64,000 nucleotides of DNA from Squalus acanthias (lineage: Eukaryota). Both the position numbers and the translations under genes were made by a program. This document shows, one piece after another, positions 48,401 to 63,400 of this stretch. A model generated the notes under the pieces. The model was not told where the DNA came from. It saw only the letters and a program-made list of their open reading frames with translations, and did not search any database. Each line of letters begins with the position of its first letter. Position 1 is the first letter of the stretch. The stretch spans positions 150,972,001 to 151,036,000 of the forward strand of contig CM059431.1 in NCBI GenBank assembly GCA_030390025.1, read 5' to 3'.

Positions 48401-51400
48401 TGACTCTCATTTCCCTGGTTCTCTTTCCCCTGGGTCTCTATTCCCACGTTTCTTTTTTCCCCTGTGTCTCATTCCCCTGGGTCTAATTCCCCTGGGTCTC
48501 TTTTACCCTATGTCTCTTTTCCCCTGTGTCTCTGTCCCCTGGTTCTCTTACCACTGGGTCTCTTGTCAAAAGGGTCTATTTCCCCTGTGTCTCGTTTCCC
48601 CTGGGTCCCATTTCCACAGGGTCTCTTTCCCCTGGGTCTCTTTTCCCCTGGGTCTCTTTTCCCCTGTTTTTCTTTCCCCTGGGTCTTTATCCCCTGGGTC
48701 TCTTATCCCCTGGTTCTCTTTCACCTGGCTCTCATTTCCCCACGGTCTCTTTCCCCTGTGTCGCTTTTCACAATTCTCTTTTCCCCTTGGGTCTCTTTCC
48801 CCTGGATCTCTTTTCCCCTGGGTCTCTTTCCCCTGGATTTCATTTCCATGGGTCTCTTTCCCCTGGGTCTCTATTCCCATGGGTCTCGTTTCCCCTGTGT
48901 CTCATTCAACTGGGTTTCTTCCCCCTGTGTCACTTTTTCCCCTGTGACCCTTATCCCCGGGTCACTTGTCCCCTGTGTGTCTTACCCCTGCATCTCATTT
49001 CCATGGGACTCTTTCCCCTGGGTCTCTTTTCCCCTGGGTCTGTTTCTCACTCTGTCACATTCCCCTGTGTTTTTTACCCACGGTCGCTTTCCCCAGGGTC
49101 TCGTTTCCCCTGTATCTATTTCCACCTCTGTCTCATTACCCGGGGTTTTTTCCCCTGGCTCTCTTTCCCCTGAGTCTCTTTTCCCCTTGTTCTCTTTCCA
49201 CTGGGTCTATTTTCCCCTGGTTCTCTTTCCCCTGGGTCTCATTTCCCCACGGTCTCTTTCCCCTGGGTCTCTTTTCACATGGTCTATTTTCCCCTGGGAC
49301 TCTTTCCCCTGAGGCTCTTTTCCCCTGCGTCTCTTTCCCCTGTATCTCATTTCCCTGGGTCTCTTTCCCCCTGTGTCTCATCACCTGGGTATCTTTCCCC
49401 GGTGTCACTTTTTCCCCTGGGTCTCTTTCCCCCTCTGTCTCATACCCCTTGGTCTCCTTCCGCTGGGTCTCTTTCCCCTGGGTCTCTTTCCCCTGGATTT
49501 CATTTCCCTGGGTCTCTTTCCATTGGGTCTCTATTCCCATGGGTCTCGTTTCACCTGTGTCTCATTCAACTGGGTTTCTTCCCCCGGTGTCACTTTTTCC
49601 CCTGGGTCCATTATCCCCGGGTCTCTTTTCCCCTGGGTGTCTTACCCCTGGATCTCATTTCCATGGGACTCTTTCCCCTGGGTCTCTTTTCCCCTGGGTC
49701 TCTTTCCCCTGGGACTCTTTTTCCCCTGGGGCTTTTTTTCCCCTGGGTCTCTTTCCCCTGGATTTCATTTCCCTGGGTCTCTTTCCCCTTGGTCTCTTTT
49801 CCTCTGGGTCTCTTTCCCCTGGGTCTCTATTCCCATGGGTCTCGTTTCCCCTGTGTCTCATTCAACTGGGTATCTTCCCACGGTGTCACTTTTTCCCCTG
49901 GTTCCCTTTTCCCAGGGTCTTTTTTCCCCTGGGTCTCTTTCCCCCTCTGTCTCATTCCCCTGGGTTTTTTCCCCTGGGTCACTCTTCCCTGCGTCTATTT
50001 TCCCCTGGGTCTCTTTCCCCCTCTGTCTCATTCCCTTGTATTTTCCCCCCTGGGTCTCTTTCCCCAGGTTCTCTTTTCCCCTGGGTCTCTTTTCCCGGGA
50101 ACTCATTTCCCCTTGGTTTCTTTCCCCTGGGTCTCTTTTCCACTGGTTCTCTTTCCCCTGGGTCTCATTTCCCCACGGTCTCTTTCCCCTGGGTCTCTTT
50201 TCACATAGTCTCTTTTACCCTGGGACTCATTCCCCTGGGGCTCTTTTACCTGGATCTCATTTCCCTGGGTCTCTTTCCCCTGGGACTCTTTCCCCTGTGT
50301 CTCTTACCCCTGGATCACTTTTCCACTGGGTCTCTTTCCCCCTCTGTCTCATACCCCTTGGTCTCTTTCCGCTGGGTCTCTTTCCCCTGGGTTTTTTTCC
50401 CCTGGGTCTCTTTTCCCTTGGGTCTCTTTCCCCCTCTGTCTCATACCCATTGGTCTCATTCCACTGGGTCTCTTTCCCCTGTGTCTCTTTTCCCTGGGTC
50501 TATTTTCCACTGGTTCTCTTTCCCCTGGGTCTGTTTTCCCCTGGGTCTCTATACCTGGATTTCAATTCTTTGCGTCTCTTTTCCCTGGGTCTGTATTCAC
50601 ATGTGTCTCTTTTCCACTGGGTCTCATTCAGCTGGGTATCTTTCCCCGGTTTCACTTTTATCCCTGGGTCCCTTTTCCCCTTTGTTTCTTTTCCCCAGGG
50701 TCTCTTACCCCTGGATCTCATTTCCCTGGTCTCTTTCCCCTGGGTCTCTTTTCCCCTGGGCCACTTTCCCCTGACTCTCATTTCCCTGGTTCTCTTTCCC
50801 CTGGGTCTCTATTCCCACGTTTCTTTTTTCCCCTGTGTCTCATTCCCCTGGGTCTAATTCCCCTGGATCTCTTTTACCCTATGTCTCTTTTCCCCTGTGT
50901 CTCTGTCCCCTGGTTCTCTTACCACTGGGTCTCTTGTCAAAAGGGTCTATTTCCCCTGTGTCTCTTTTCCCCTGGGTCCCATTTCCACAGGGTCTCTTTC
51001 CCCTGGGTCTCTTTTCCCCTGGGTCTCTTTTCCACTGTTTTTCTTTCCCCTGGGTCTTTATCCCCTGGGTCTCTTATCCCCTGGTTCTCTTTCACCTGGC
51101 TCTCATTTCCCCACGGTCTCTTTCCCCTGTGTCGCTTTTCACAATTCTCTTTTCCCCTGGGACTCTTTCCCCTGGGCCTCTTTTCCCCTTGGGTCTCTTT
51201 CCCCTGGGTCTCTTTTCCCCTGGGTCTCTTTCCCCTGGATTTCATTTCCATGGGTCTCATTCCCCTGGGTCTCTATTCCCATGGGTCTCGTTTCCCCTGT
51301 GTCTCATTCAACTGGGTTTCTTCCCCCTGTGTCACTTTTTCCCCTGTGACCCTTATCCCCGGGTCACTTGTCCCCTGTGTGTCTTACCCCTGGATCTCAT

Positions 51401-54400
51401 TTCCATGGGACTCTTTCCCCTGGGTCACTTTTCCCCTGGGTCTCTTTCTCCCTCTGTCAGATTCCCCTTGTTTTTTTACCCATGGTCTCTTTCCCCAGGG
51501 TCTCTTTTCCCCTGTGTCTATTTCCACCTCTGTCTCATTACCCTGGGTTTTTTCCCCTGGGTCTCTTTCCCCTGAGTCTCTTTTCCCCTTGTTCTCTTTC
51601 CACTGGGTCTATTTTCCCCTGGTTCTCTTTCCCCTGTGTCTCATTTCCCCACGGTCTCTTTCCCCTGGGTCTCTGTTCACATGGTCTATTTTCCCATTGG
51701 GACTCTTTCCCCTGAGGCTCTTTTGCCCTGCGTCTCTTTCCCCTGTATCTCATTTCCCTGTGTCTCTTTCCCCCTGTGTCTCATCACCTGGGTATCTTTC
51801 CCCGGTGTCACTTTTTCCACTGGGTCCCTTTTACCCTGGGTATATTTTCCACTGGAACTCTTTCCTCTGGGTCTCTTTCCCCTGGATTTCATTTCCCTAG
51901 GTCTCTTTCCCGTGGGTCTCTATTCCCATGGGTCTCGTTTGCCCTGTCTCTCATTCAACTGGGTTTCTTCCCCCGGTGTAACTTTTTCCCCTGGGTGTCT
52001 TACCCCTGGATCTCATTTCCATGGGACTCTTTCCCCTGGGTCTCTTTTCTCCTTGGTCTCTTTCCCCCTCTGTCACATTCCCCTGGGTTTTTTACCCTTG
52101 GTCTCTTTCCCCAGGGTCAATTTTCCCCTGTGTCTATTTCCACCTCTGTCTCATTCCCCTGGGTTCTTTTCCCCTGGGTCTATTTTCCCGTGGTTCTCTT
52201 TCCCATGGGTCTCAGTTCCCCACGGTCTCTTTCCCCTGGGTCTCTTTTCACATAGTCTCTTTTCCCCTGGGACTCTTTCCCCTGGGGCTCTTTTCCCTGG
52301 ATCTCATTTCCCTGGGTCTCCTTCCCCTGGGACTCTTTCCCCTGGGTCTCTTTTCCCCTGTGTCTCTTACCCCTGGATCACTTTTCCACTGGGTCTCTTT
52401 CCCCCTCTGTCTCATACCCATTGGTCTCTTTCCACTGGGTCTCTTTCCCCTGTGTCTCTTTTCCCCTGGGTTTCTTTCCCCTGGGTCTATTTCCCCTGGA
52501 TCTATTTCCCCTGGGTCTCTTTTCCACAGGGTCTCTTTGCCCTGTGTCTCTATTCCCCTTGGTCTCTCTCCCCTGAGTCTCTTTCCCCTGCGTCTCTTTT
52601 CTCCTGGGTCCCTTTTACCCTGGGTCTCTTTCCCCTGCGTCTCTTTTCACTTAGTCTACTTTCCCCTGGGTCTCTTTCCCCTGGGTCTCTTTTCCACTGG
52701 TTCTCTTTCCCCTGGGTCTCTTTTCCCCTGGGTCTCTTTACCCTGGATTTCATATCCCTGGGTCTCTTTTCCCTGGGTCTCTATTCCCATGTGTCTCTTT
52801 TCCCCTGTGTCTCATTCAGCTGGGTTTCTTTCCCCGGTTTCACTTTTATCCCTGGGTCCCTTTTCCCCTGTGTTTCTTTTCCCCAGGGTCTCTTACCCCT
52901 GGATCTCATTTCCCTGGTCTCTTTACCCTGGGTCTCTTTTCCCCTGTGTCCCTTTTAACAAGTCTCTTTTTCCCTGGGACACTTTTTCCCCTGGGGCTCT
53001 TTTTCCCCTGGGTCTCTTTTCCCCTGGATCTCTTTCCACTTGGTCTCTTTTCCCCTGGGGCTCTTTCCCCTGGCTCTTATTTCCCTGTTTCTTTTTCCCC
53101 TGGGTCTCTATTCCCACGGTTCTCTTTTCCCCTGTGTCTCATTCCCCTGGGTCTTTTTCCCCTGGGGCTCGTTTACCCTGGGTCCCTTTCCCCCTGGGTA
53201 TCTTTTCCCCTATGTCTCTTTTCCCCTGTGTCTCTGTCCCCTGGGTCTCTTACCACTGGGTCTCTTTTCAAAAGGGTCTATTTCCCCTGTGTCTCTTTTC
53301 CCCTGGGTCCCATTTCCACAGGGTCTCTTTCCCCTGGGTCTCTTTTCACAATTCTCTTTTCCCCTGGGACTTTTTCCCCTGGGCCTCTTTTCCCCTTGGG
53401 TCTCTTTCCGCTGGGTCTATTTTCCCCTGGTTCTCTTTCCCCTGGGTCTCATTTCCCCACGGTCTCGTTCCCCTGGGTCTATTTTCACATGGTCTCTTTT
53501 CCACTGGGACTCTTTCCCCTGGGGCTCTTTTCCCCTGCGCCTCTTTCCCCTGTATCTCATTTCCCCACGGTCTCTTTCCCCCTGTGTCTCATCACCTGGG
53601 TATGTTTCCCCGTTGTCACTTTTTCCACTGGGTCCCTTTTACCCTGGGTATATTTTCCACTGGAACTCTTTCCTCTGGGTCTCTTTTCCCCTGGGTCTCT
53701 TTCCCCCTCTGTCTCATACCCCTTGGTCTCCTTCCGCTGGGTCTCTTTCCCCTGGGTCTCTTTCCCCTGGATTTCATTTCCCTGGGTCTCTTTCCCCTGG
53801 GTCTCTGTTCCCATGGGTCTCTTTCCACTGGGTCACTTTTCCCTACGTCTCTTTCGACCTGGGTATCTTCCCCCAGTGTCTCTTTTTCCCCTGGGTCCCT
53901 TATCCCCGGGTCTCTTTTCCCCTGGGTGTCTTACCCCTGGATCTCATTTCCATGGGACTCTGTCCCCTGGGTCTCTTTTCTCCTGTGTCTATTTCCACCT
54001 CTGTCTCATTCCCCTGTTCTTTTTTTCCCCTGGGTCTCTTTCCCCTGAGTCTCTTTTCCCCTTGTTCTCTTTCCCCTGGGTCTATTTTCCCCTGGTTCTC
54101 TTTCCCCTGGGTCTCATTTCCACACGGTCTCTTTCCCCTGGGTCTCTTTTCACGTAGTCTCTTTTCCCCAGGGACTCTTTCCCCTGGGGCTCTTTTCCCC
54201 TGCGTCTCTTTCCCCCTGTGTCTCAGTCACCTGGGTATCTTTCCCCGGTGTCTCTTTTTCCCCTGGGTCCCTTTGACCCTGGGTATATTTTCCGCTGGAA
54301 CTCTTTCCACTGGTTCTCTTTTCCCCAGGGTCTCCTTCCCCCTCTGTCTCATACCCATTGGTCTCCTTCCGCTGGGTCTCTTTCCCCTGTTTTTTTTCCC

Positions 54401-57400
54401 CTGGTTCTCTTTTCCCCTGGGTCTCTTTCCCCTGGGTCTCTTACCCCTGGATCTCATCCCTGTGTCTCTTTCCCCTGGGTCTCTTTTCCCCTGGGTCTCT
54501 TTCCCCTGGGTCACTTTTCCACTGGTGCACTTTCCCCTGGGTTTCATTTCCCCTGGGTCTCTTTTCACGGAGTCTCTTTACCCCTGGGTCTCTTTCCCCT
54601 GGGTCACTTTTCCACTGCTGCACTTTCCCCTGGGTTTCATTTCCCCTGGGTCTCTTTCCACTGGGTCTCTTTTCCCCTTGCTCTCTTTCCCCCTGGGTCT
54701 CTTTTCCCCTTGTTCTCTTACCCCTGTGTCTCATTTCCCCTGGGTCACTTTCCCCATGGTCTCTTTTCCCCTGGGTCACATTCCCCTGGATCTCAATTCG
54801 CTGGGTCTCTTTCCCCTGGGTCTCTATTCCCTTTGGTCACTTTTCCCCTTTGTCTCATTCCCTTGGGTATCTTTCCCCTGTGTCTCTTTTTTCCCTGGGT
54901 TACTTTTCCCCTGGGTATCTCTTCGCCGGGACTCTTTCCCCTGGGTCTCTTTCCCCTGGTTCTTTTTTCCCCTGGGTCTATTTCCCCTGAGTCTCTTCAC
55001 CCTGGGTATCATTTCCCCTGGGTCTCTTTTCCCTGGATATCATTACCTTGGGTCTCTCTTCCCATAGGTCTCTTTTCCCCTGTGTCTCATTCCTCTGGGT
55101 CACTTTCCCCTGGGTCTCTTTTCCACTTGGCCTCTTTCCCCTGGGTCTCGTTTCCCCTGGTTCTCTTTCCCCTGGGTCTCATTTCCACACGGTCTCTTTC
55201 CCCTGTGTCTCTTTTCACATAGTCTCTTTTCACCTGGGACTCTTTCCCATGGGGCTCTTTTCCCCTGAGTCTCTTTCCCCTGGATCTCATTTCCCTGGGC
55301 CTCTTTCCCCTGGGTCTCTATTACCACGGGTCTCTTTTCCCCTGTGTCTCATTCACCTAGTTATCTTTCCCCTGTGTCACCTTTTCACCAGGGTCCCTTT
55401 TCCCCTGGGTATCTTTCACCCTGGTACTCCTTCCCCTGTGTCTCTTTTCCCCTGGGTCTCTTACCCATGGATCTCATTTACCTTGGTCTCTTTTCCCCTA
55501 GGTCTCTTTCCCCTGGTCTCTTTCCCCCTGGTTCTCGTTCCCATGGGTCTCTTTTACCTGGGTCTCTTTCCCCTGGGTCTCTTTTCCCTGGGTCTCTATT
55601 CCCATGTGTCTATTTTCCCCTGTGTCTCATTCCCTTGGGTAACTTTCCCCTGTGTCACTTTTTCCCCTGGGTCGCTTTTCCCCTTGGTATCATTTCCCCT
55701 GGGTCTTTTTCCCCTGGGTCTCTTTTCCCCTGGGTCTCATTCCCCTGGGTCTCTTTCCCCTGGGACTCTTTCCCCTGTGTCTCTTACCCCTGGATCACTT
55801 TTCCACTGGGTCTCTTTCCCCCTCTGTCTCATACCCCTTGGTCTCTTTCCGCTGGGTCTCTTTCCCCTGGGTTTTTTTCCCCTGGGTCTCTTTTCCCTTG
55901 GGTCTCTTTCCCCCTCTGTCTCATACCCATTGGTCTCATTCCACTGGGTCTCTTTCCCCTGTGTCTCTTTTCCCTGGGTCTATTTTCCACTGGTTCTCTT
56001 TCCCCTGGGTCTGTTTTCCCCTGGGTCTCTATACCTGGATTTCAATTCTCTGCGTCTCTTTTCCCTGGGTCTCTATTCACATGTGTCTCTTTTCCACTGG
56101 GTCTCATTCAGCTGGGTATCTTTCCCCGGTTTCACTTTTATCCCTGGGTCCCTTTTCCCCTGTGTTTCTTTTCCCCAGGGTCTCTTACCCCTGGATCTCA
56201 TTTCCCTGGTCTCTTTCCCCTTGGTCTCTTTTCCCCTGGGCCACTTTCCCCTGACTCTCATTTCCCTGGTTCTCTTTCCCCTGGGTCTCTATTCCCACGT
56301 TTCTTTTTTCCCCTGTGTCTCATTCCCCTGGGTCTAATTCCCCTGGGTCTCTTTTACCCTATGTCTCTTTTCCCCTGTGTCTCTGTCCCCTGGTTCTCTT
56401 ACCACTGGGTCTCTTGTCAAAAGGGTCTATTTCCCCTGTGTCTCGTTTCCCCTGGGTCCCATTTCCACAGGGTCTCTTTCCCCTGGGTCTCTTTTCCCCT
56501 GGGTCTCTTTTCCCCTGTTTTTCTTTCCCCTGGGTCTTTATCCCCTGGGTCTCTTATCCCCTGGTTCTCTTTCACCTGGCTCTCATTTCCCCACGGTCTC
56601 TTTCCCCTGTGTCGCTTTTCACAATTCTCTTTTCCCCTTGGGTCTCTTTCCCCTGGATCTCTTTTCCCCTGGGTCTCTTTCCCCTGGATTTCATTTCCAT
56701 GGGTCTCTTTCCCCTGGGTCTCTATTCCCATGGGTCTCGTTTCCCCTGTGTCTCATTCAACTGGGTTTCTTCCCCCTGTGTCACTTTTTCCCCTGTGACC
56801 CTTATCCCCGGGTCACTTGTCCCCTGTGTGTCTTACCCCTGCATCTCATTTCCATGGGACTCTTTCCCCTGGGTCTCTTTTCCCCTGGGTCTGTTTCTCA
56901 CTCTGTCACATTTCCCTGTGTTTTTTACCCACGGTCGCTTTCCCCAGGGTCTCGTTTCCCCTGTATCTATTTCCACCTCTGTCTCATTACCCGGGGTTTT
57001 TTCCCCTGGCTCTCTTTCCCCTGAGTCTCTTTTCCCCTTGTTCTCTTTCCACTGGGTCTATTTTCCCCTGGTTCTCTTTCCCCTGGGTCTCATTTCCCCA
57101 CGGTCTCTTTCCCCTGGGTCTCTTTTCACATGGTCTATTTTCCCCTGGGACTCTTTCCCCTGAGGCTCTTTTCCCCTGCGTCTCTTTCCCCTGTATCTCA
57201 TTTCCCTGGGTCTCTTTCCCCCTGTGTCTCATCACCTGGGTATCTTTCCCCGGTGTCACTTTTTCCCCTGGGTCTCTTTCCCCCTCTGTCTCATACCCCT
57301 TGGTCTCCTTCCGCTGGGTCTCTTTCCCCTGGGTCTCTTTCCCCTGGATTTCATTTCCCTGGGTCTCTTTCCATTGGGTCTCTATTCCCATGGGTCTCGT

Positions 57401-60400
57401 TTCACCTGTGTCTCATTCAACTGGGTTTCTTCCCCCGGTGTCACTTTTTCCCCTGGGTCCATTATCCCCGGGTCTCTTTTCCCCTGGGTGTCTTACCCCT
57501 GGATCTCATTTCCATGGGACTCTTTCCCCTGGGTCTCTTTTCCCCTGGGTCTCTTTCCCCTGGGACTCTTTTTCCCCTGGGGCTTTTTTTCCCCTGGGTC
57601 TCTTTCCCCTGGATTTCATTTCCCTGGGTCTCTTTCCCCTTGGTCTCTTTTCCTCTGGGTCTCTTTCCCCTGGGTCTCTATTCCCATGGGTCTCGTTTCC
57701 CCTGTGTCTCATTCAACTGGGTATCTTCCCACGGTGTCACTTTTTCCCCTGGTTCCCTTTTCCCAGGGTCTTTTTTCCCCTGGGTCTCTTTCCCCCTCTG
57801 TCTCATTCCCCTGGGTTTTTTCCCCTGGGTCACTCTTCCCTGCGTCTATTTTCCCCTGGGTCTCTTTCCCCCTCTGTCTCATTCCCTTGTATTTTCCCCC
57901 CTGGGTCTCTTTCCCCAGGTTCTCTTTTCCCCTGGGTCTCTTTTCCCGGGAACTCATTTCCCCTTGGTTTCTTTCCCCTGGGTCTCTTTTCCACTGGTTC
58001 TCTTTCCCCTGGGTCTCATTTCCCCACGGTCTCTTTCCCCTGGGTCTCTTTTCACATAGTCTCTTTTACCCTGGGACTCATTCCCCTGGGGCTCTTTTAC
58101 CTGGATCTCATTTCCCTGGGTCTCTTTCCCCTGGGACTCTTTCCCCTGTGTCTCTTACCCCTGGATCACTTTTCCACTGGGTCTCTTTCCCCCTCTGTCT
58201 CATACCCCTTGGTCTCTTTCCGCTGGGTCTCTTTCCCCTGGGTTTTTTTCCCCTGGGTCTCTTTTCCCTTGGGTCTCTTTCCCCCTCTGTCTCATACCCA
58301 TTGGTCTCATTCCACTGGGTCTCTTTCCCCTGTGTCTCTTTTCCCTGGGTCTATTTTCCACTGGTTCTCTTTCCCCTGGGTCTGTTTTCCCCTGGGTCTC
58401 TATACCTGGATTTCAATTCTTTGCGTCTCTTTTCCCTGGGTCTGTATTCACATGTGTCTCTTTTCCACTGGGTCTCATTCAGCTGGGTATCTTTCCCCGG
58501 TTTCACTTTTATCCCTGGGTCCCTTTTCCCCTTTGTTTCTTTTCCCCAGGGTCTCTTACCCCTGGATCTCATTTCCCTGGTCTCTTTCCCCTGGGTCTCT
58601 TTTCCCCTGGGCCACTTTCCCCTGACTCTCATTTCCCTGGTTCTCTTTCCCCTGGGTCTCTATTCCCACGTTTCTTTTGTCCCCTGTGTCTCATTCCCCT
58701 GGGTCTAATTCCCCTGGATCTCTTTTACCCTATGTCTCTTTTCCCCTGTGTCTCTGTCCCCTGGTTCTCTTACCACTGGGTCTCTTGTCAAAAGGGTCTA
58801 TTTCCCCTGTGTCTCTTTTCCCCTGGGTCCCATTTCCACAGGGTCTCTTTCCCCTGGGTCTCTTTTCCCCTGGGTCTCTTTTCCACTGTTTTTCTTTCCC
58901 CTGGGTCTTTATCCCCTGGGTCTCTTATCCCCTGGTTCTCTTTCACCTGGCTCTCATTTCCCCACGGTCTCTTTCCCCTGTGTCGCTTTTCACAATTCTC
59001 TTTTCCCCTGGGACTCTTTCCCCTGGGCCTCTTTTCCCCTTGGGTCTCTTTCCCCTGGGTCTCTTTTCCCCTGGGTCTCTTTCCCCTGGATTTCATTTCC
59101 ATGGGTCTCATTCCCCTGGGTCTCTATTCCCATGGGTCTCGTTTCCCCTGTGTCTCATTCAACTGGGTTTCTTCCCCCTGTGTCACTTTTTCCCCTGTGA
59201 CCCTTATCCCCGGGTCACTTGTCCCCTGTGTGTCTTACCCCTGGATCTCATTTCCATGGGACTCTTTCCCCTGGGTCACTTTTCCCCTGGGTCTCTTTCT
59301 CCCTCTGTCAGATTCCCCTTGTTTTTTTACCCATGGTCTCTTTCCCCAGGGTCTCTTTTCCCCTGTGTCTATTTCCACCTCTGTCTCATTACCCTGGGTT
59401 TTTTCCCCTGGGTCTCTTTCCCCTGAGTCTCTTTTCCCCTTGTTCTCTTTCCACTGGGTCTATTTTCCCCTGGTTCTCTTTCCCCTGTGTCTCATTTCCC
59501 CACGGTCTCTTTCCCCTGGGTCTCTGTTCACATGGTCTATTTTCCCATTGGGACTCTTTCCCCTGAGGCTCTTTTGCCCTGCGTCTCTTTCCCCTGTATC
59601 TCATTTCCCTGTGTCTCATTCAACTGGGTATCTTCCCACGGTGTCACTTTTTCCCCTGGTTCCCTTTTCCCAGGGTCTTTTTTCCCCTGGGTCTCTTTCC
59701 CCCTCTGTCTCATTCCCCTGGGTTTTTTCCCCTGGGTCACTCTTCCCTGCGTCTATTTTCCCCTGGGTCTCTTTCCCCCTCTGTCTCATTCCCTTGTATT
59801 TTCCCCCCTGGGTCTCTTTCCCCAGGTTCTCTTTTCCCCTGGGTCTCTTTTCCCGGGAACTCATTTCCCCTTGGTTTCTTTCCCCTGGGTCTCTTTTCCA
59901 CTGGTTCTCTTTCCCCTGGGTCTCATTTCCCCACGGTCTCTTTCCCCTGGGTCTCTTTTCACATAGTCTCTTTTACCCTGGGACTCATTCCCCTGGGGCT
60001 CTTTTACCTGGATCTCATTTCCCTGGGTCTCTTTCCCCTGGGACTCTTTCCCCTGTGTCTCTTACCCCTGGATCACTTTTCCACTGGGTCTCTTTCCCCC
60101 TCTGTCTCATACCCCTTGGTCTCTTTCCGCTGGGTCTCTTTCCCCTGGGTTTTTTTCCCCTGGGTCTCTTTTCCCTTGGGTCTCTTTCCCCCTCTGTCTC
60201 ATACCCATTGGTCTCATTCCACTGGGTCTCTTTCCCCTGTGTCTCTTTTCCCTGGGTCTATTTTCCACTGGTTCTCTTTCCCCTGGGTCTGTTTTCCCCT
60301 GGGTCTCTATACCTGGATTTCAATTCTTTGCGTCTCTTTTCCCTGGGTCTGTATTCACATGTGTCTCTTTTCCACTGGGTCTCATTCAGCTGGGTATCTT

Positions 60401-63400
60401 TCCCCGGTTTCACTTTTATCCCTGGGTCCCTTTTCCCCTTTGTTTCTTTTCCCCAGGGTCTCTTACCCCTGGATCTCATTTCCCTGGTCTCTTTCCCCTG
60501 GGTCTCTTTTCCCCTGGGCCACTTTCCCCTGACTCTCATTTCCCTGGTTCTCTTTCCCCTGGGTCTCTATTCCCACGTTTCTTTTGTCCCCTGTGTCTCA
60601 TTCCCCTGGGTCTAATTCCCCTGGATCTCTTTTACCCTATGTCTCTTTTCCCCTGTGTCTCTGTCCCCTGGTTCTCTTACCACTGGGTCTCTTGTCAAAA
60701 GGGTCTATTTCCCCTGTGTCTCTTTTCCCCTGGGTCCCATTTCCACAGGGTCTCTTTCCCCTGGGTCTCTTTTCCCCTGGGTCTCTTTTCCACTGTTTTT
60801 CTTTCCCCTGGGTCTTTATCCCCTGGGTCTCTTATCCCCTGGTTCTCTTTCACCTGGCTCTCATTTCCCCACGGTCTCTTTCCCCTGTGTCGCTTTTCAC
60901 AATTCTCTTTTCCCCTGGGACTCTTTCCCCTGGGCCTCTTTTCCCCTTGGGTCTCTTTCCCCTGGGTCTCTTTTCCCCTGGGTCTCTTTCCCCTGGATTT
61001 CATTTCCATGGGTCTCATTCCCCTGGGTCTCTATTCCCATGGGTCTCGTTTCCCCTGTGTCTCATTCAACTGGGTTTCTTCCCCCTGTGTCACTTTTTCC
61101 CCTGTGACCCTTATCCCCGGGTCACTTGTCCCCTGTGTGTCTTACCCCTGGATCTCATTTCCATGGGACTCTTTCCCCTGGGTCACTTTTCCCCTGGGTC
61201 TCTTTCTCCCTCTGTCAGATTCCCCTTGTTTTTTTACCCATGGTCTCTTTCCCCAGGGTCTCTTTTCCCCTGTGTCTATTTCCACCTCTGTCTCATTACC
61301 CTGGGTTTTTTCCCCTGGGTCTCTTTCCCCTGAGTCTCTTTTCCCCTTGTTCTCTTTCCACTGGGTCTATTTTCCCCTGGTTCTCTTTCCCCTGTGTCTC
61401 ATTTCCCCACGGTCTCTTTCCCCTGGGTCTCTGTTCACATGGTCTATTTTCCCATTGGGACTCTTTCCCCTGAGGCTCTTTTGCCCTGCGTCTCTTTCCC
61501 CTGTATCTCATTTCCCTGTGTCTCTTTCCCCCTGTGTCTCATCACCTGGGTATCTTTCCCCGGTGTCACTTTTTCCACTGGGTCCCTTTTACCCTGGGTA
61601 TATTTTCCACTGGAACTCTTTCCTCTGGGTCTCTTTCCCCTGGATTTCATTTCCCTAGGTCTCTTTCCCGTGGGTCTCTATTCCCATGGGTCTCGTTTGC
61701 CCTGTCTCTCATTCAACTGGGTTTCTTCCCCCGGTGTAACTTTTTCCCCTGGGTGTCTTACCCCTGGATCTCATTTCCATGGGACTCTTTCCCCTGGGTC
61801 TCTTTTCTCCTTGGTCTCTTTCCCCCTCTGTCACATTCCCCTGGGTTTTTTACCCTTGGTCTCTTTCCCCAGGGTCAATTTTCCCCTGTGTCTATTTCCA
61901 CCTCTGTCTCATTCCCCTGGGTTCTTTTCCCCTGGGTCTATTTTCCCGTGGTTCTCTTTCCCATGGGTCTCAGTTCCCCACGGTCTCTTTCCCCTGGGTC
62001 TCTTTTCACATAGTCTCTTTTCCCCTGGGACTCTTTCCCCTGGGGCTCTTTTCCCTGGATCTCATTTCCCTGGGTCTCCTTCCCCTGGGACTCTTTCCCC
62101 TGGGTCTCTTTTCCCCTGTGTCTCTTACCCCTGGATCACTTTTCCACTGGGTCTCTTTCCCCCTCTGTCTCATACCCATTGGTCTCTTTCCACTGGGTCT
62201 CTTTCCCCTGTGTCTCTTTTCCCCTGGGTTTCTTTCCCCTGGGTCTATTTCCCCTGGATCTATTTCCCCTGGGTCTCTTTTCCACAGGGTCTCTTTGCCC
62301 TGTGTCTCTATTCCCCTTGGTCTCTCTCCCCTGAGTCTCTTTCCCCTGCGTCTCTTTTCTCCTGGGTCCCTTTTACCCTGGGTCTCTTTCCCCTGCGTCT
62401 CTTTTCACTTAGTCTACTTTCCCCTGGGTCTCTTTCCCCTGGGTCTCTTTTCCACTGGTTCTCTTTCCCCTGGGTCTCTTTTCCCCTGGGTCTCTTTACC
62501 CTGGATTTCATATCCCTGGGTCTCTTTTCCCTGGGTCTCTATTCCCATGTGTCTCTTTTCCCCTGTGTCTCATTCAGCTGGGTTTCTTTCCCCGGTTTCA
62601 CTTTTATCCCTGGGTCCCTTTTCCCCTGTGTTTCTTTTCCCCAGGGTCTCTTACCCCTGGATCTCATTTCCCTGGTCTCTTTACCCTGGGTCTCTTTTCC
62701 CCTGTGTCCCTTTTAACAAGTCTCTTTTTCCCTGGGACTCTTTTTCCCCTGGGGCTCTTTTTCCCCTGGGTCTCTTTTCCCCTGGATCTCTTTCCACTTG
62801 GTCTCTTTTCCCCTGGGGCTCTTTCCCCTGGCTCTTATTTCCCTGTTTCTTTTTCCCCTGGGTCTCTATTCCCACGGTTCTCTTTTCCCCTGTGTCTCAT
62901 TCCCCTGGGTCTTTTTCCCCTGGGGCTCGTTTACCCTGGGTCCCTTTCCCCCTGGGTATCTTTTCCCCTATGTCTCTTTTCCCCTGTGTCTCTGTCCCCT
63001 GGGTCTCTTACCACTGGGTCTCTTTTCAAAAGGGTCTATTTCCCCTGTGTCTCTTTTCCCCTGGGTCCCATTTCCACAGGGTCTCTTTCCCCTGGGTCTC
63101 TTTTCACAATTCTCTTTTCCCCTGGGACTTTTTCCCCTGGGCCTCTTTTCCCCTTGGGTCTCTTTCCGCTGGGTCTATTTTCCCCTGGTTCTCTTTCCCC
63201 TGGGTCTCATTTCCCCACGGTCTCGTTCCCCTGGGTCTATTTTCACATGGTCTCTTTTCCACTGGGACTCTTTCCCCTGGGGCTCTTTTCCCCTGCGCCT
63301 CTTTCCCCTGTATCTCATTTCCCCACGGTCTCTTTCCCCCTGTGTCTCATCACCTGGGTATGTTTCCCCGTTGTCACTTTTTCCACTGGGTCCCTTTTAC